64,000 nt of DNA, from the NCBI GenBank assembly GCA_950097015.1, contig CATNEN010000037.1, forward strand, positions 3,224,001 to 3,288,000, written 5' to 3'. The position numbers were made by a program, and so were the translations under genes. Source of the stretch: Macrostomum hystrix (taxonomy: Eukaryota > Animalia > Platyhelminthes). This document shows positions 49,901 to 60,564 of this stretch, one piece after another. How positions within the stretch are numbered: the first letter of the stretch is position 1; every line of letters starts with the position of its first letter. The notes beneath the pieces were generated by a model that worked only from the letters and a program-made list of their open reading frames with translations, did not search any database and was not told where the DNA came from.

Positions 49901-50945
49901 ATCTAGTCACTCTAACATCAAACCATCTAGTCACTCTAACATCAAACCATCTAGTCACTCTAACATCAAACCATCTAGTCACTCTAGCATCAAACCATCT
50001 AGTCACTCTAGCATCAAACCATCTAGTCACTCTAACATCAAACCATCTAGTTACTCTAACATCAAACCATCCAGTCACTCTAACATCAAACCATCTAGTC
50101 ACTCTAACATCAAACCATCTAGTCACTCTAACATCAAAACATCTAGTCACTCTAACATCAAACCATCTAGTCACTCTAACATCAAACCATCTAGTCACTC
50201 TAGCATCAAACCATCTAGTCACTCTAGCATCAAACCATCTAGTCACTCTAACATCAAACCATCTAGTTACTCTAACATCAAACCATCCAGTCACTCTAAC
50301 ATCAAACCATCTAGTCACTCTAACATCAAACCATCTAGTCACTCTAACATCAAACCATCCAGTCACTCTTACATCAAACCATCTAGTCACTCTTACATCA
50401 AACCATCTAGTCACTCTAGCATCAAACCATCTAGTCACTCTAGCATCAAACCATCTAGTCACTCTAACATCAAACCATCTAGTTACTCTAACATCAAACC
50501 ATCCAGTCACTCTAACATCAAACCATCCAGTCACTCTTACATCAAACCATCTAGTCACTCTAACATCAAACCATCTAGTCACTCTAACATCAAACCATCT
50601 AGTCACTCTAACATCAAACCATCTAGTCACTCTAACATCAAACCATCTAGTCACTCTAACATCAAACCATCTAGTCACTCTAACATCAAACCATCTAGTC
50701 ACTCTAACATCAAACCATCTAGTCACTCTAACATCAAACCATCTAGTCACTCTAACATCAAACCATCTAGTCACTCTTACATCAAACCATCCAGTCACTC
50801 TTACATCAAACCATCTAGTCACTCTTACATCAAACCATCCAGTCACTCTTACATCAAACCATCCAGTCACTCTTACATCAAACCATCCAGTCACTCTTAC
50901 ATCAAACCATCTAGTCAAACTAACATCAAACCATCCACCGAGTCA
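46965..50945. repeat. 24-bp minisatellite (CATCAAACCATCTAGTCACTCTAA)n, ~165 units
   Basis: Read directly; the minus-strand VRVTRWFD ORFs are simply its translation. Confidence 0.98.
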
Positions 50946-51139
50946 CTCATCTTCTCAGATTGTTGCTATGCTAGATAGTTGCTTTGCTTCCCATAATTTA
51001 TGGCCCACTGCCTACCCAAAGCTGCACATTTCAGGGACTTGTGGGCTAATTCGCTTGTTGAGCATCTTCACTCACTTGGAAAATATTTTCAGACAAATTA
51101 AGCAAGCCTCCATACGAGATTTGTTTATTAGAAGCAAAA

Positions 51140-51170
<31 letters not shown>

Positions 51171-51344
51171 TGGCGCATTGTGCACTTCTGATGGGCGCAA
51201 TTTGCTAAATTAAAACTCGTAACTGCGAATTCTGCACCCCCCGGATATCCGAAGGGCATTTCAAAAACCCCGTAAACATATTTATGCTCGCGTTTGGATC
51301 AGTCAACAGCAGTGCCACTCTTCTTCAGCTAAGATTCTCCTGCG

Positions 51345-52335
51345 ATTCCAACTGTTGTTTCCTCCTACGATTCCAGCTGTTGTGTCCTCCTACGATTCCA
51401 GCTGTTGTGTCCTCCTTCGATTCCAGCTGTTGTGTCCTCCTTCGATTCCAGCTGTTGTGTCCTCCTTCGATTCCAGCTGTTGTGTCCTCCTTCGATTCCA
51501 GCAGTTGTGTCCTCCTACGATTCCAGCTGCTGTTTCCTCCTTCGATTCCAGCTGTTGTTTCCTCCTACGATTCCAGCTGTTGTTTCCTGCTACGATTCCA
51601 GCTGTTGTGTCCTCCTTCGATTCCAGCAGTTGTGTCCTCCTACGATTCCAGCTGTTGTTTCCTGCTACGATTCCAGCTGTTGTGTCCTCCTTCGATTCCA
51701 GCAGTTGTGTCCTCCTACGATTCCAGCTGTTATTTCCTCCTTCGATTCCAGCAGTTGTTTCCGCCTTCGATTCCAGCAGTTGTGTCCTCCTACGATTCCA
51801 GCTGCTGTTTCCTCCTTCGATTCCAGCTGTTGTTTCCTCCTTCGATTCCAGCTGTTGTGTCCTCCTACGATTCCAGCAGTTGTGTCCTCCTTCGATTCCA
51901 GCTGTTGTGTCCTCCTTCGATTCCAGCTGTTGTGTCCTCCTACGATTCCAGCTGTTATTTCCTCCTTCGATTCCAGCAGTTGTTTCCGCCTTCGATTCCA
52001 GCTGTTGTGTCCTCCTACGATTCCAGCTGCTGTGTCCTCCTACGATTCCAGCTGCTGTTTCCTCCTTCGATTCCAGCTGTTGTGTCCTCCTACGATTCCA
52101 GCAGTTGTGTCTTCCTACGATTCCAGCAGTTGCTTTCTCCTACGACTCCAGCAGTTGCTTCCTCCTTCGATTCCAGCTGTTGTGTCCTCCTTCGATTCCA
52201 GCTGTTGTGTCCTCCTACGATTCCAGCTGTTGTGTCCTCCTTCGATTCCAGCTGTTGTGTCCTCCTTCGATTCCAGCAGTTGTGTCTTCCTACGATTCCA
52301 GCAGTTGCTTCCTCCTACGATTCCAGTTGCTGTTT
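51345..52335. repeat. 25-bp minisatellite (CGATTCCAGCTGTTGTGTCCTCCT[T/A])n, ~39 units
   Basis: Read directly; all three plus frames are open, which explains ORFs 51284-52393. Confidence 0.96.
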
Positions 52336-52948
52336 CCTCTTAAAAGTCCAGCTTTGGTTCCTCAAGTCATCTAGCTTCTTTGATGGAGCTTAGATATTTT
52401 TCATCTAGGTTTATTCGTAACTTTATTATTCGCTCGGTATATCACAAAGGTGTATTCGACAAAGTGTGTTAAGGGCAAGGATTAATAAGGTCTAAATGCA
52501 ATCGATGAAGTTGTGTTAAAAGCAAGTTATCTCATCGCCTGATAGAATTCATTCAATTTTATTGGCGGCGGAATATATATTTAGTGAAACAACGGTATTT
52601 TTAAATAAACATATCACATATTTGCGTTTCTCATACTGCTATAGCGATTGGAAAATCGAAGGCAATTAAAAAACTCCATATTCAAACTTGCACCTCGATT
52701 AGAATGGTGAATAGAAGTGGCATGAAATAAACTAATTTTCTGGTCTATGTTCTTTTTAACAGAGTCTCGAAAACAGTTTTTCAGCAAATGGATGGTAAAT
52801 TTACGACACTATTGACTACGTTATCAACACATGTAAAAACTAATCAAACAAATTTTACTCGTAGAAGTACTTAAAATGGGGACTTAGTCGATTTAGTCCG
52901 AATTGGAATGTCGTATACAGTGTCTAGTTAATCCGTAAGGCTAGTGAA

Positions 52949-53315
52949 TAATAATAATAATAATAATTTCAGGAGGGCTGCGGGCAATGACACATAGTTT
53001 GGTGACACTAGACCCGCAGCCAGCGATGAGGCAATTCTGCCCATTTCGCTGACTCCTGAGCACACACGCACACAGATACCGTACGCAGGCATACGCTCAC
53101 TCAGGTGTGTACATCTGCCCTGACTTTCTCATCGTCAGGCAGTGTACACTCGAACTGTGCCTTGGAGGTTGGCCCTCAAGGGCGTAAATTGCACGACAAG
53201 CCCCCCAAGCCTTCTCTCCGCGGCTGCGCCCCAAATAAATGTGGCCTCGCCGTGGAATCGAACTTAGGGACTGTGGTGCGAGTGGCAAACGCGTTAACCG
53301 CTCTGCCACCGACCC
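52949..53315 (-). mobile_element. SINE family B, full-length copy with ~16-bp TSD CCGTAAGGCTAGTGAA
   Basis: Reverse complement shows A-box TGGCAGAGCGG, B-box GTTCGATTCC and a (TTA)n tail. TSD at 52933-52948 and 53316-53331. Colinear with 2780-3148. Confidence 0.92.
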
Positions 53316-53666
53316 CCGTAAGGCTAGTGAACTCGCAATTAAATATTTTTGACGTTAAATTTATTTTATAAATTACAAGTGCATTTTCAGAAGACTTTAA
53401 GCAGGAAAAAACTCCTCAATCTGTTTTTATGTCATTTTAACGAAAAAGACATTGCTGAATACGATAGGGCCATCGACAAAAAATAGACGGAATAGACGAT
53501 CGACAATATTTTCCATGAATTCTACTTTAGCAGAAACTTCGTTTCTTGGAAAAACAATTTAAAGGCCGATTTTCACTGAAATCTTGCTAGTGAATGCATT
53601 AAACGAAGTGCCCCGTCGTTCTTCTAGTGGTCCTTGCTCACGATAAGAGTCACGTGACACCTCTGC

Positions 53667-55454
53667 TCACATGAGTTCGCACTTTGGCCGCCTGTGGCGT
53701 CGCAGCTTGCGCGCCGGCTTGAGAAAGTACAACTTGCGCTTTGTGCACACAAGGATCTTGTCCTCACCCAGGGGCGCTATGCCGGTGATGTCCGCCAGCT
53801 CGTGCAGGAACTCCAGGCGCTGAACAAATATGAACTCGCTGCGCCGGATGATCCAGAAGACACGCTGACGCTGGTTGTCGGTGAAGATGATGCGCTTGTC
53901 GCTGGTGGTGATGATGTGCGCCGGCACCGAGTCAAAGATTTGTGTTGTCGTCAGCTTCCTGTAGACGCCGGTGCGGTCGTTCACGATGAGAATGTGGCCC
54001 TCGGCCGGGCAGGAGACCCACAGCATCCGGCGCTCGCGGGTCCAGGTCACGTGATGCGGGTGCAGATTCTCGAAGGTGAACCAGTGACCGGTGCGGCCCA
54101 GCGTGGGGCTGAGGAACTCCACCTTCTGATCCGCCGGCTGGGCCACCACCAGGTCGCCGCTGCGCTGGTCGACGTGAAATCCGGCGAACAGCGGCTCGTC
54201 TCCACCATCTGCGGCTCCGGGCCGCTCCAGGCGGCGCACCACCAAGCCGTCCAGTTGGACGCAGGCTATCGCCGACATCCACTGGGTGGCAGTGTCCGTC
54301 GGCACGAGGCCGCTGACGTAGACCAGTCCGTTGGAGAATGCCATGTGGTGGCAGCGCATGCGACGACCGCCAAGCACCACAGGGAAGTCCTTCAGCCTGC
54401 CGTCCTGGCTGGAGTACAGCAGCAGCGAGCGGCTGCAGGAATTCAGCAGAATCATGTCCACCTGGTCCTCGGGATCGGCGATGAGGCCGGCGGCGCCAAT
54501 CTCGAGGCCGCTGCCCGGATGCTGGGCGTCAAGGAAGCTGGTCTCGATCTCCTTCAGCTTGTAGCTGCTGTGCCGGCGCATGTTGTGCCGGATGAAGCTC
54601 AGGTCGAGGGCGTCCTCCTCTTCGGCCTCTGAGGATGAAGCGTCCGAGTTGGCGTCCTCGTTCAGATACCGCGACGGCAGTGCCGGCGGCTGCTGCTGCT
54701 GCTGCTGATTCGTTGCGGCTGGCGGAGGCGGAGGAGGCGGCGGGAGCGGCGTCGCCGCGTGTCGATGATCGCGTCCTCGGCGATTTGGCTGCGACGGATC
54801 GCCCAATCGGCGTCGAGAAGCTCCGTCCTCGTCATCGAGACGGCTAATGAGCTTGCTGAGATTCTCGCGCACTGCCAGCAGCTCGGCCCTGTCGAAGGCG
54901 TCCCGTTCCAGCTCTGACCGCATGACGAAGTCCTTGGCCAGGTGGGCCAGAATCTCCTGCTTCCTCTCGATGCTCCTCCGGCGCACTGAGATGCGGCTGG
55001 TGGCCGGGCTGCCACCGCTGGCGGACCTGGCGGTGGCCGAAGGAATCTGCAGGCGCCGGCAGTGCCTCTCGGCGATGTAGTCGACGATGGATTGATGCGC
55101 GGCCGCTGTTGGCAGAGCTCGAACCCCGTTTGGCGGCAGGCGCACAGAGACGCGGCACAGCGGACACGCGAGCCGGCCGTGCGTGACATGCTGGAGCTGC
55201 TGCTGCTGATGATGCTGCTGCTGTTGCTGCTGCTGAGCCTCCCAGCGAGTTAGGCAAGCCAGGCAGAACACGTGCGAGCAGGGCAGCAGCCGCGGCTGCG
55301 ACAGTCGGCCCAGGTGAATCGCGCAGGTTGTGAGCTCCTCCAGCTGTTCAACGCTGCCAGTGGAGTTTTCGCTGGACGTGTCGCTGTGTTTGCAAGCCAC
55401 ATCGCCGCTGCCGCTATTGAAACTGTTGCCCGGAACGATGGAGCTGTCCTGCAT
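53667..55454 (-). CDS. Intronless RING-finger / coiled-coil / C-terminal beta-propeller (TRIM-NHL-like) protein, 595 aa, ending in a polybasic stretch plus CELM
   Basis: RING motif C-x2-H-x11-C-x-H-x2-C-x2-C...C-x2-C followed by the TRIM-like PxNGVxxLP segment. Helical region next, then a Pro/Gln/acidic linker, then beta-rich NHL-like blades (PHHVTW, PAHIITTSDKRIIFTDNQRQRV, ITGIAPLGEDKILV). GC-rich codon use; in-frame TAA 27 nt upstream of the ATG. Confidence 0.88.
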   Translation of the reverse strand: MQDSSIVPGNSFNSGSGDVACKHSDTSSENSTGSVEQLEELTTCAIHLGRLSQPRLLPCSHVFCLACLTRWEAQQQQQQQHHQQQQLQHVTHGRLACPLCRVSVRLPPNGVRALPTAAAHQSIVDYIAERHCRRLQIPSATARSASGGSPATSRISVRRRSIERKQEILAHLAKDFVMRSELERDAFDRAELLAVRENLSKLISRLDDEDGASRRRLGDPSQPNRRGRDHRHAATPLPPPPPPPPAATNQQQQQQPPALPSRYLNEDANSDASSSEAEEEDALDLSFIRHNMRRHSSYKLKEIETSFLDAQHPGSGLEIGAAGLIADPEDQVDMILLNSCSRSLLLYSSQDGRLKDFPVVLGGRRMRCHHMAFSNGLVYVSGLVPTDTATQWMSAIACVQLDGLVVRRLERPGAADGGDEPLFAGFHVDQRSGDLVVAQPADQKVEFLSPTLGRTGHWFTFENLHPHHVTWTRERRMLWVSCPAEGHILIVNDRTGVYRKLTTTQIFDSVPAHIITTSDKRIIFTDNQRQRVFWIIRRSEFIFVQRLEFLHELADITGIAPLGEDKILVCTKRKLYFLKPARKLRRHRRPKCELM

Positions 55455-57361
55455 AATTTCGTTAATTGTTGGGATGGCTTCTTATATGAGTGACTCGATC
55501 AACACCTTGATTTGCATCCTGAATTGACATCGCTGAATCCGTATTTTAAACAGTCCTGCCCCGCTACTCCCTCTATTTAAAAGAATTTCGAAAACGAATT
55601 CTCCCCCTGCTGATGAAAGGAGGGCGTCAGGGGCCCCACGTAGGGCTTGAGCATAATTAGTTTGCTATCTTTTAAGGCCTTCAAAGGCTCAGCAGAGCTA
55701 GCTTATGGACTTCTGTATCCGCAGTCGCCTGTATTTATCCTTCATAGAGACAAAATCCGCCCCTCCCTCTTTGACCGACGCATCCTCTCTTTTTGGGATT
55801 TAAAGGATGCTGAAAAAAATCGCTTCCCAAGACCTTGCCGCTGGCAGAGCGACTTCGGTACTGCCAAATAGGCAGTTTTTTAGTACATTAATTACTGAAC
55901 TAAACAGCGCGTATCCATTATCGAGTTGCCCTCAAAGGCCTGGTATAGAACGGCGCACTCAGCCGTGTGTGACAGCTAGAGCTGGGTGGCCCTAGCAACT
56001 CACACGTAATCTGGTCCACAGTGTAGCTAGCTATGGATTGTGTTTTTTGTATGGGTGATATTCTATTCCCATTTATGGTGCTGGAACAATGGATGCAGGC
56101 TTGAAATTCAATTCATAGCTTTTCTCTTTTAGCTGGGAAGGCTTACAATTCGTATGGCAATGCTCATAGCTCACCTTTGTGCTGCAGGGATTTTAGCGTA
56201 TTTTAAATTGAGACGGATGACTCACGAGAGTTTGAGAAACAAGAGAAGTGACTAAACAGACCAGAGTCAGCGGGACTGACAGCTCACTAACCACAGTAGT
56301 TCCAAGCAAGCTTAAGGCCATTCTTACCAGGTCCAGCGAGCCAGTCCTAACCTGTTGAAGTCGTTTCCGTCTTGAATTGGACACCGCAGCCGCAGTCGCC
56401 GATTCCATAGTCTTCCAGAGGCAGGGTTCAGTCGAGGCGATACGCAATTTCGTTCTTTTGCCTTCAAACGTCGCTCGACAATTTGCAAAATTCTTGCAGA
56501 AGCGGGCCGGTCAGCAAGGCTATTTTATTATCTGTTCCTGTCGCTTTTGAATTCGACAAAAAGGAGCGAGAAAGAGACACAGATAGTGAGAGAGGAAAGC
56601 AGCGAACAGAAACGCGAGGCAGATGGGCCATCGGATGCGCCAAAATGAGGATGCGGGAGGGGGTGTTCACAGGATCCCAATCCCTCTCGTTAAGTCTCGA
56701 GGAAAGGAAGGTCGGGTGGGACGGGGGAGAGGGAGGCGAGGGAGAGAGAGCGAGGGGGAGGAAGGGAGAGGAAAAGGACGGTGCCGCAGGCTTTTCCCTG
56801 AAAAATGCGCAAAGCACTTTTGGTTGGCTCGCCCATACATCCCCCTCACCCAGATACTAACAGGCTGTCATTTAGGGTTAACTACCCGTAGCGGCAGAAT
56901 CTCTCATTTTCAGTCGCCCATTCCTAATAGTGCACGAAGCTCTTTTGCTAACTACAAATTTAGATTTGACTTCATTTGACTCAGTGTTTCATATGAGCAA
57001 CATGTGGCCTTGTTAGGCAGTGTTCCGAATGCACTCAAGACAAGGCTAAAGAGTTTAGCCCTTATTAGAATAAGGGCTCAGGTGTGTCAGAGGGCGGTTG
57101 TTAAATTAATTAAATAAAGATTAGAAAAGTGAAGATCTTTGAAAGGATGAAACCTGTTGAAAGAGGGAGAATGAAGTTGAGGAATGAACTGAAACAAATG
57201 CGCGCGTACAGTTCAGAGGCGAGGGTGCACTATTGGTCGCCTGAATGTACACTAATGAAATAAAAGAAAGGTAACACAGGTGCGTGAGGCGCGGTAGGCG
57301 GACAACTGGCAAAGCTATGGGGATGAGTGTACCATTAGTTTTCTAGCTAATGCTGACGAGA

Positions 57362-58548
57362 GAGGGACTGACAGACCAGAGACACAGGGACTGACAGACC
57401 AGAGACACAGGGACTGACAGACCAGAGACAGAGGGACTGACACACCAGAGACACAGGGACTGACAGACCAGAGACACAGGGACTGACAGACCAGAGACAG
57501 AGGGACTGACAGACCAGAGACAGAGGGACTGACACACCAGAGACACAGGGCCTGACAGACCAGATACAGAGGGACTGACAAACCAGAGACACAGGGACTG
57601 ACAGACCAGAGACACAGGGACTGACAGACCAGAGACACAGGGACTGACAGACCAGAGACACAGGGACTGACAGACCAGAGACACAGGGACTGACAAACCA
57701 GAGACAGAGGGACTGACAGACCAGAGACACAGGGACTGACAAACCAGATACAGAGGGACTGACAGACCAGAGACAGAGTGACTGACAGACCAGAGACAGA
57801 GTGACTGACATACCATAGACAGAGGGACTGACAGACCAGAGACAGAGTGACTGACAGACCAGAGACAGAGGGACTGACAGACCAGAGACAGAGGGACTGA
57901 CAGACCAGAGACACAGGGACTGACAAACCAGATACAGAGGGACTGACAAACCAGAGACAGAGGGACTGACAAACCAGAGACAGAGGGACTGACAAACCAG
58001 ATACAGAGGGACTGACAGACCAGATACAGAGGGACTGACAGACCAGATACAGAGGGACTGACAGACCAGAGACAGAGTGACTGACAGACCAGAGACACAG
58101 GGACTGACAGACCAGAGACACAGGGACTGACAAACCAGAGACAGAGGGACTGACAGACCAGAGACACAGGGACTGACAAACCAGATACAGAGGGACTGAC
58201 AGACCAGAGACAGAGTGACTGACAGACCAGAGACACAGGGACTGACAAACCAGATACAGAGGGACTGACAGACCAGAGACAGAGGGACTGACAGACCAGA
58301 GACAGAGGGACTGACACACCAGAGACAGAGTGACTGACATACCAGAGACACAGGGACTGACAGACCAGAGACAGAGGGACTGACAGACCAGAGACAGAGG
58401 GACTGACAGACCAGAGACAGAAAGACTGACAGACCAGAGACAGAGGGACTGACAGACCAGAGACAGAGTGACTGACATACCAGAGACACAGGGACTGACA
58501 GACCAGAGACAGAGGGACTGACAGACCAGAGACAGAGGGACTGACAGA
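57362..58548. repeat. 23-bp minisatellite (GGGACTGACAGACCAGAGACA[G/C]A)n, ~51 units
   Basis: Read directly; explains minus-strand ORFs 57315-58636. Confidence 0.97.
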
Positions 58549-59089
58549 CGAAAGACAGTGGGACATAGTTTGTATAGGGGAGGGATAAGAGGAACGTTCC
58601 TCTGTGAGTAAACGGAATGTTGCAACATTTCTGCAACTAAGTTGCTCTCGAAGGCGGTTCTCGCGCTACAATCTGGAACTCTGTATTAATTTCTCACAGC
58701 CTCCGGGATGCAAAGTATTTTACGGTACATTTCGTGAAATGTAATTCTGGCGTCATTTTCTATGAGTCATGCAACTTTCGTCATCTTAATCACGATGGAT
58801 TCTGCAGCCGCATCTGCTTTCGGGTTGCACTTTAAGATAAGAAAATCTTCGGGTTACCGTTGCGGCAGTAAGCCGCCATTTATTTGCTAACTCTGCTTCT
58901 ATGCTGAGGAAGTAAGGAGAGCCGAATGAACTTCCTTCAGGGAGTTATTGCCGCAGGGCTGGTTGCTCCAGCTGCCCACTGGTACCAGTTGGGTTGTTTT
59001 TCGAAAAAAATTGTACTTTTAAGCGGCTTTGGTTACTGGAATCGTAGAAAAATTATCACCGATTAACTCGCAACTTGGAAGACTTAAAA

Positions 59090-59825
59090 TCGAAGAGGAC
59101 AGGGAATCGCAGTAGAAGGTTTGAAAACTTAGCAGCAGATTTAGAATCGCAGCATGAGACATGGAATCGCAGTAGGAGATTTAGAATCGTAGCAGAAGAC
59201 TCAGAATCACAGCAATTTACTAGGAATCGCAGAAGGACACTGGGAATCGCAGCAGGAGACTAAGAATCGCACTAGAAGATTTGGAATCGCAGCAGGGGAC
59301 TGGGAATAACAGCAGAAGACATGGAATCGCAGCAGAAGACTAGGAATAGCAGCTGGAAACTGGGAATCGCAGCAATTTACTAGTAATCGCAGCAGGACAC
59401 TAGAAATCGCAGCAGGAGACTAAGAATCACAGTAGGAGATTTGGAATCTCAGCAGGAGACTGGGAATAATAGCAGAAGAGATGGAATCGCAGCAGAAGAC
59501 TAAGAATCGCAGTAGGAGATTTGGAATCGCAGCAGGAGACTGGGAATAACAGCAGAAGACATGGAATCGCAGCAGAAGACTAGGAATAGCAGCTGGAAAC
59601 TGGGAATCGCAGCACGAGACCAAAGACCAAGGACTTGTTCTTGAACGAGACATGGAATCGCAGCAGGAGACTGGGAATAACAGCAGAAGACATGGAATCG
59701 CAGCAGAAGACTAGGAATAGCAGCTGGAAACTGGGAATCGCAGCACGAGACCAAAGACCAAGGACTTGTTCTTGAACGAGACATGGAATCGCAGCAGAAA
59801 ACATGGAATCGCAGCAGGAGACTTG
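59090..59825. repeat. Degenerate ~20-22-bp repeat with core GGAATCGCAGCAG(G/A)AGAC, with an internal 131-bp duplication
   Basis: Read directly; duplicated blocks end at 59653 and 59784. Confidence 0.88.
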
Positions 59826-60564
59826 CTACAGGAGCAGTGGACTTATTATCCCATAAAATCCTACAGAGAAAAGTTTTTCTTCCATTACTTGAAATAAAAG
59901 ATTATTTTGTCGTCTGTCGGACATTTCTGAGATCTTCTTGATAAGATCCTTTCGTTTGCTGCATTGCTGCTTTCTCTTTCGCGGTCTCAACTTAATCCGA
60001 TTGCTTATCGCTCCCAATATGTAAATGTAACATATTTACGCATGTCTGATGTGTTTGTCATGTTGCGCAATACATTGCGAATTAGAAAGTGACGAGGATT
60101 ATTTGGCATATCCGAAATCGAGGATATGATAGCGCTGGACGAAATACAAGTAGTATGATATTTGATAGGCATGGCAGTAGTGTGTCAGAATATGGCTAAG
60201 CAGTTTTATTATCCTAATCATGAATTCACACTAATAATGAACATCATCATAAAATTAACTTTAAATATATGGGTACGAGTAATAATTTTTGACGTTATGC
60301 TATGATATAGACGCACAGTTTGTACTATCAGTCGGTGTTTTTGTAAGCAAAAGAATTAATAACTATAACTGAATTTTGAGGGCAAGTTGCAGCTAAAAAT
60401 GTGGAAATGATTTGAAACTACAATAACTGTTATTGATATAATGTTAATAAAACAAGTAGTTATGGCCACTATTTAATAGCACAATCTCAGCTTTTCAAAA
60501 AGTACTATTTAATAATATCACAATTGTAAGTCCTTTAAACATTTTCTTGATTCCAATAGGAGTC

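Noticed and set aside
46950-52393. Long ORFs (up to 406 aa) of VRVTRWFD or PPSIPAVVSS repeats as adhesive or structural proteins
   Set aside because: Pure satellite translations, interrupted by frameshifting indels or open in all three frames.
53649-53658. GTCACGTGAC (CLEAR/E-box palindrome)
   Set aside because: A single 10-mer just past the RING gene stop, not in a promoter position; compatible with chance.
53694-55527. Plus-strand and alternative-frame ORFs overlapping the RING gene
   Set aside because: Shadow ORFs caused by GC-rich codon bias; no motifs.
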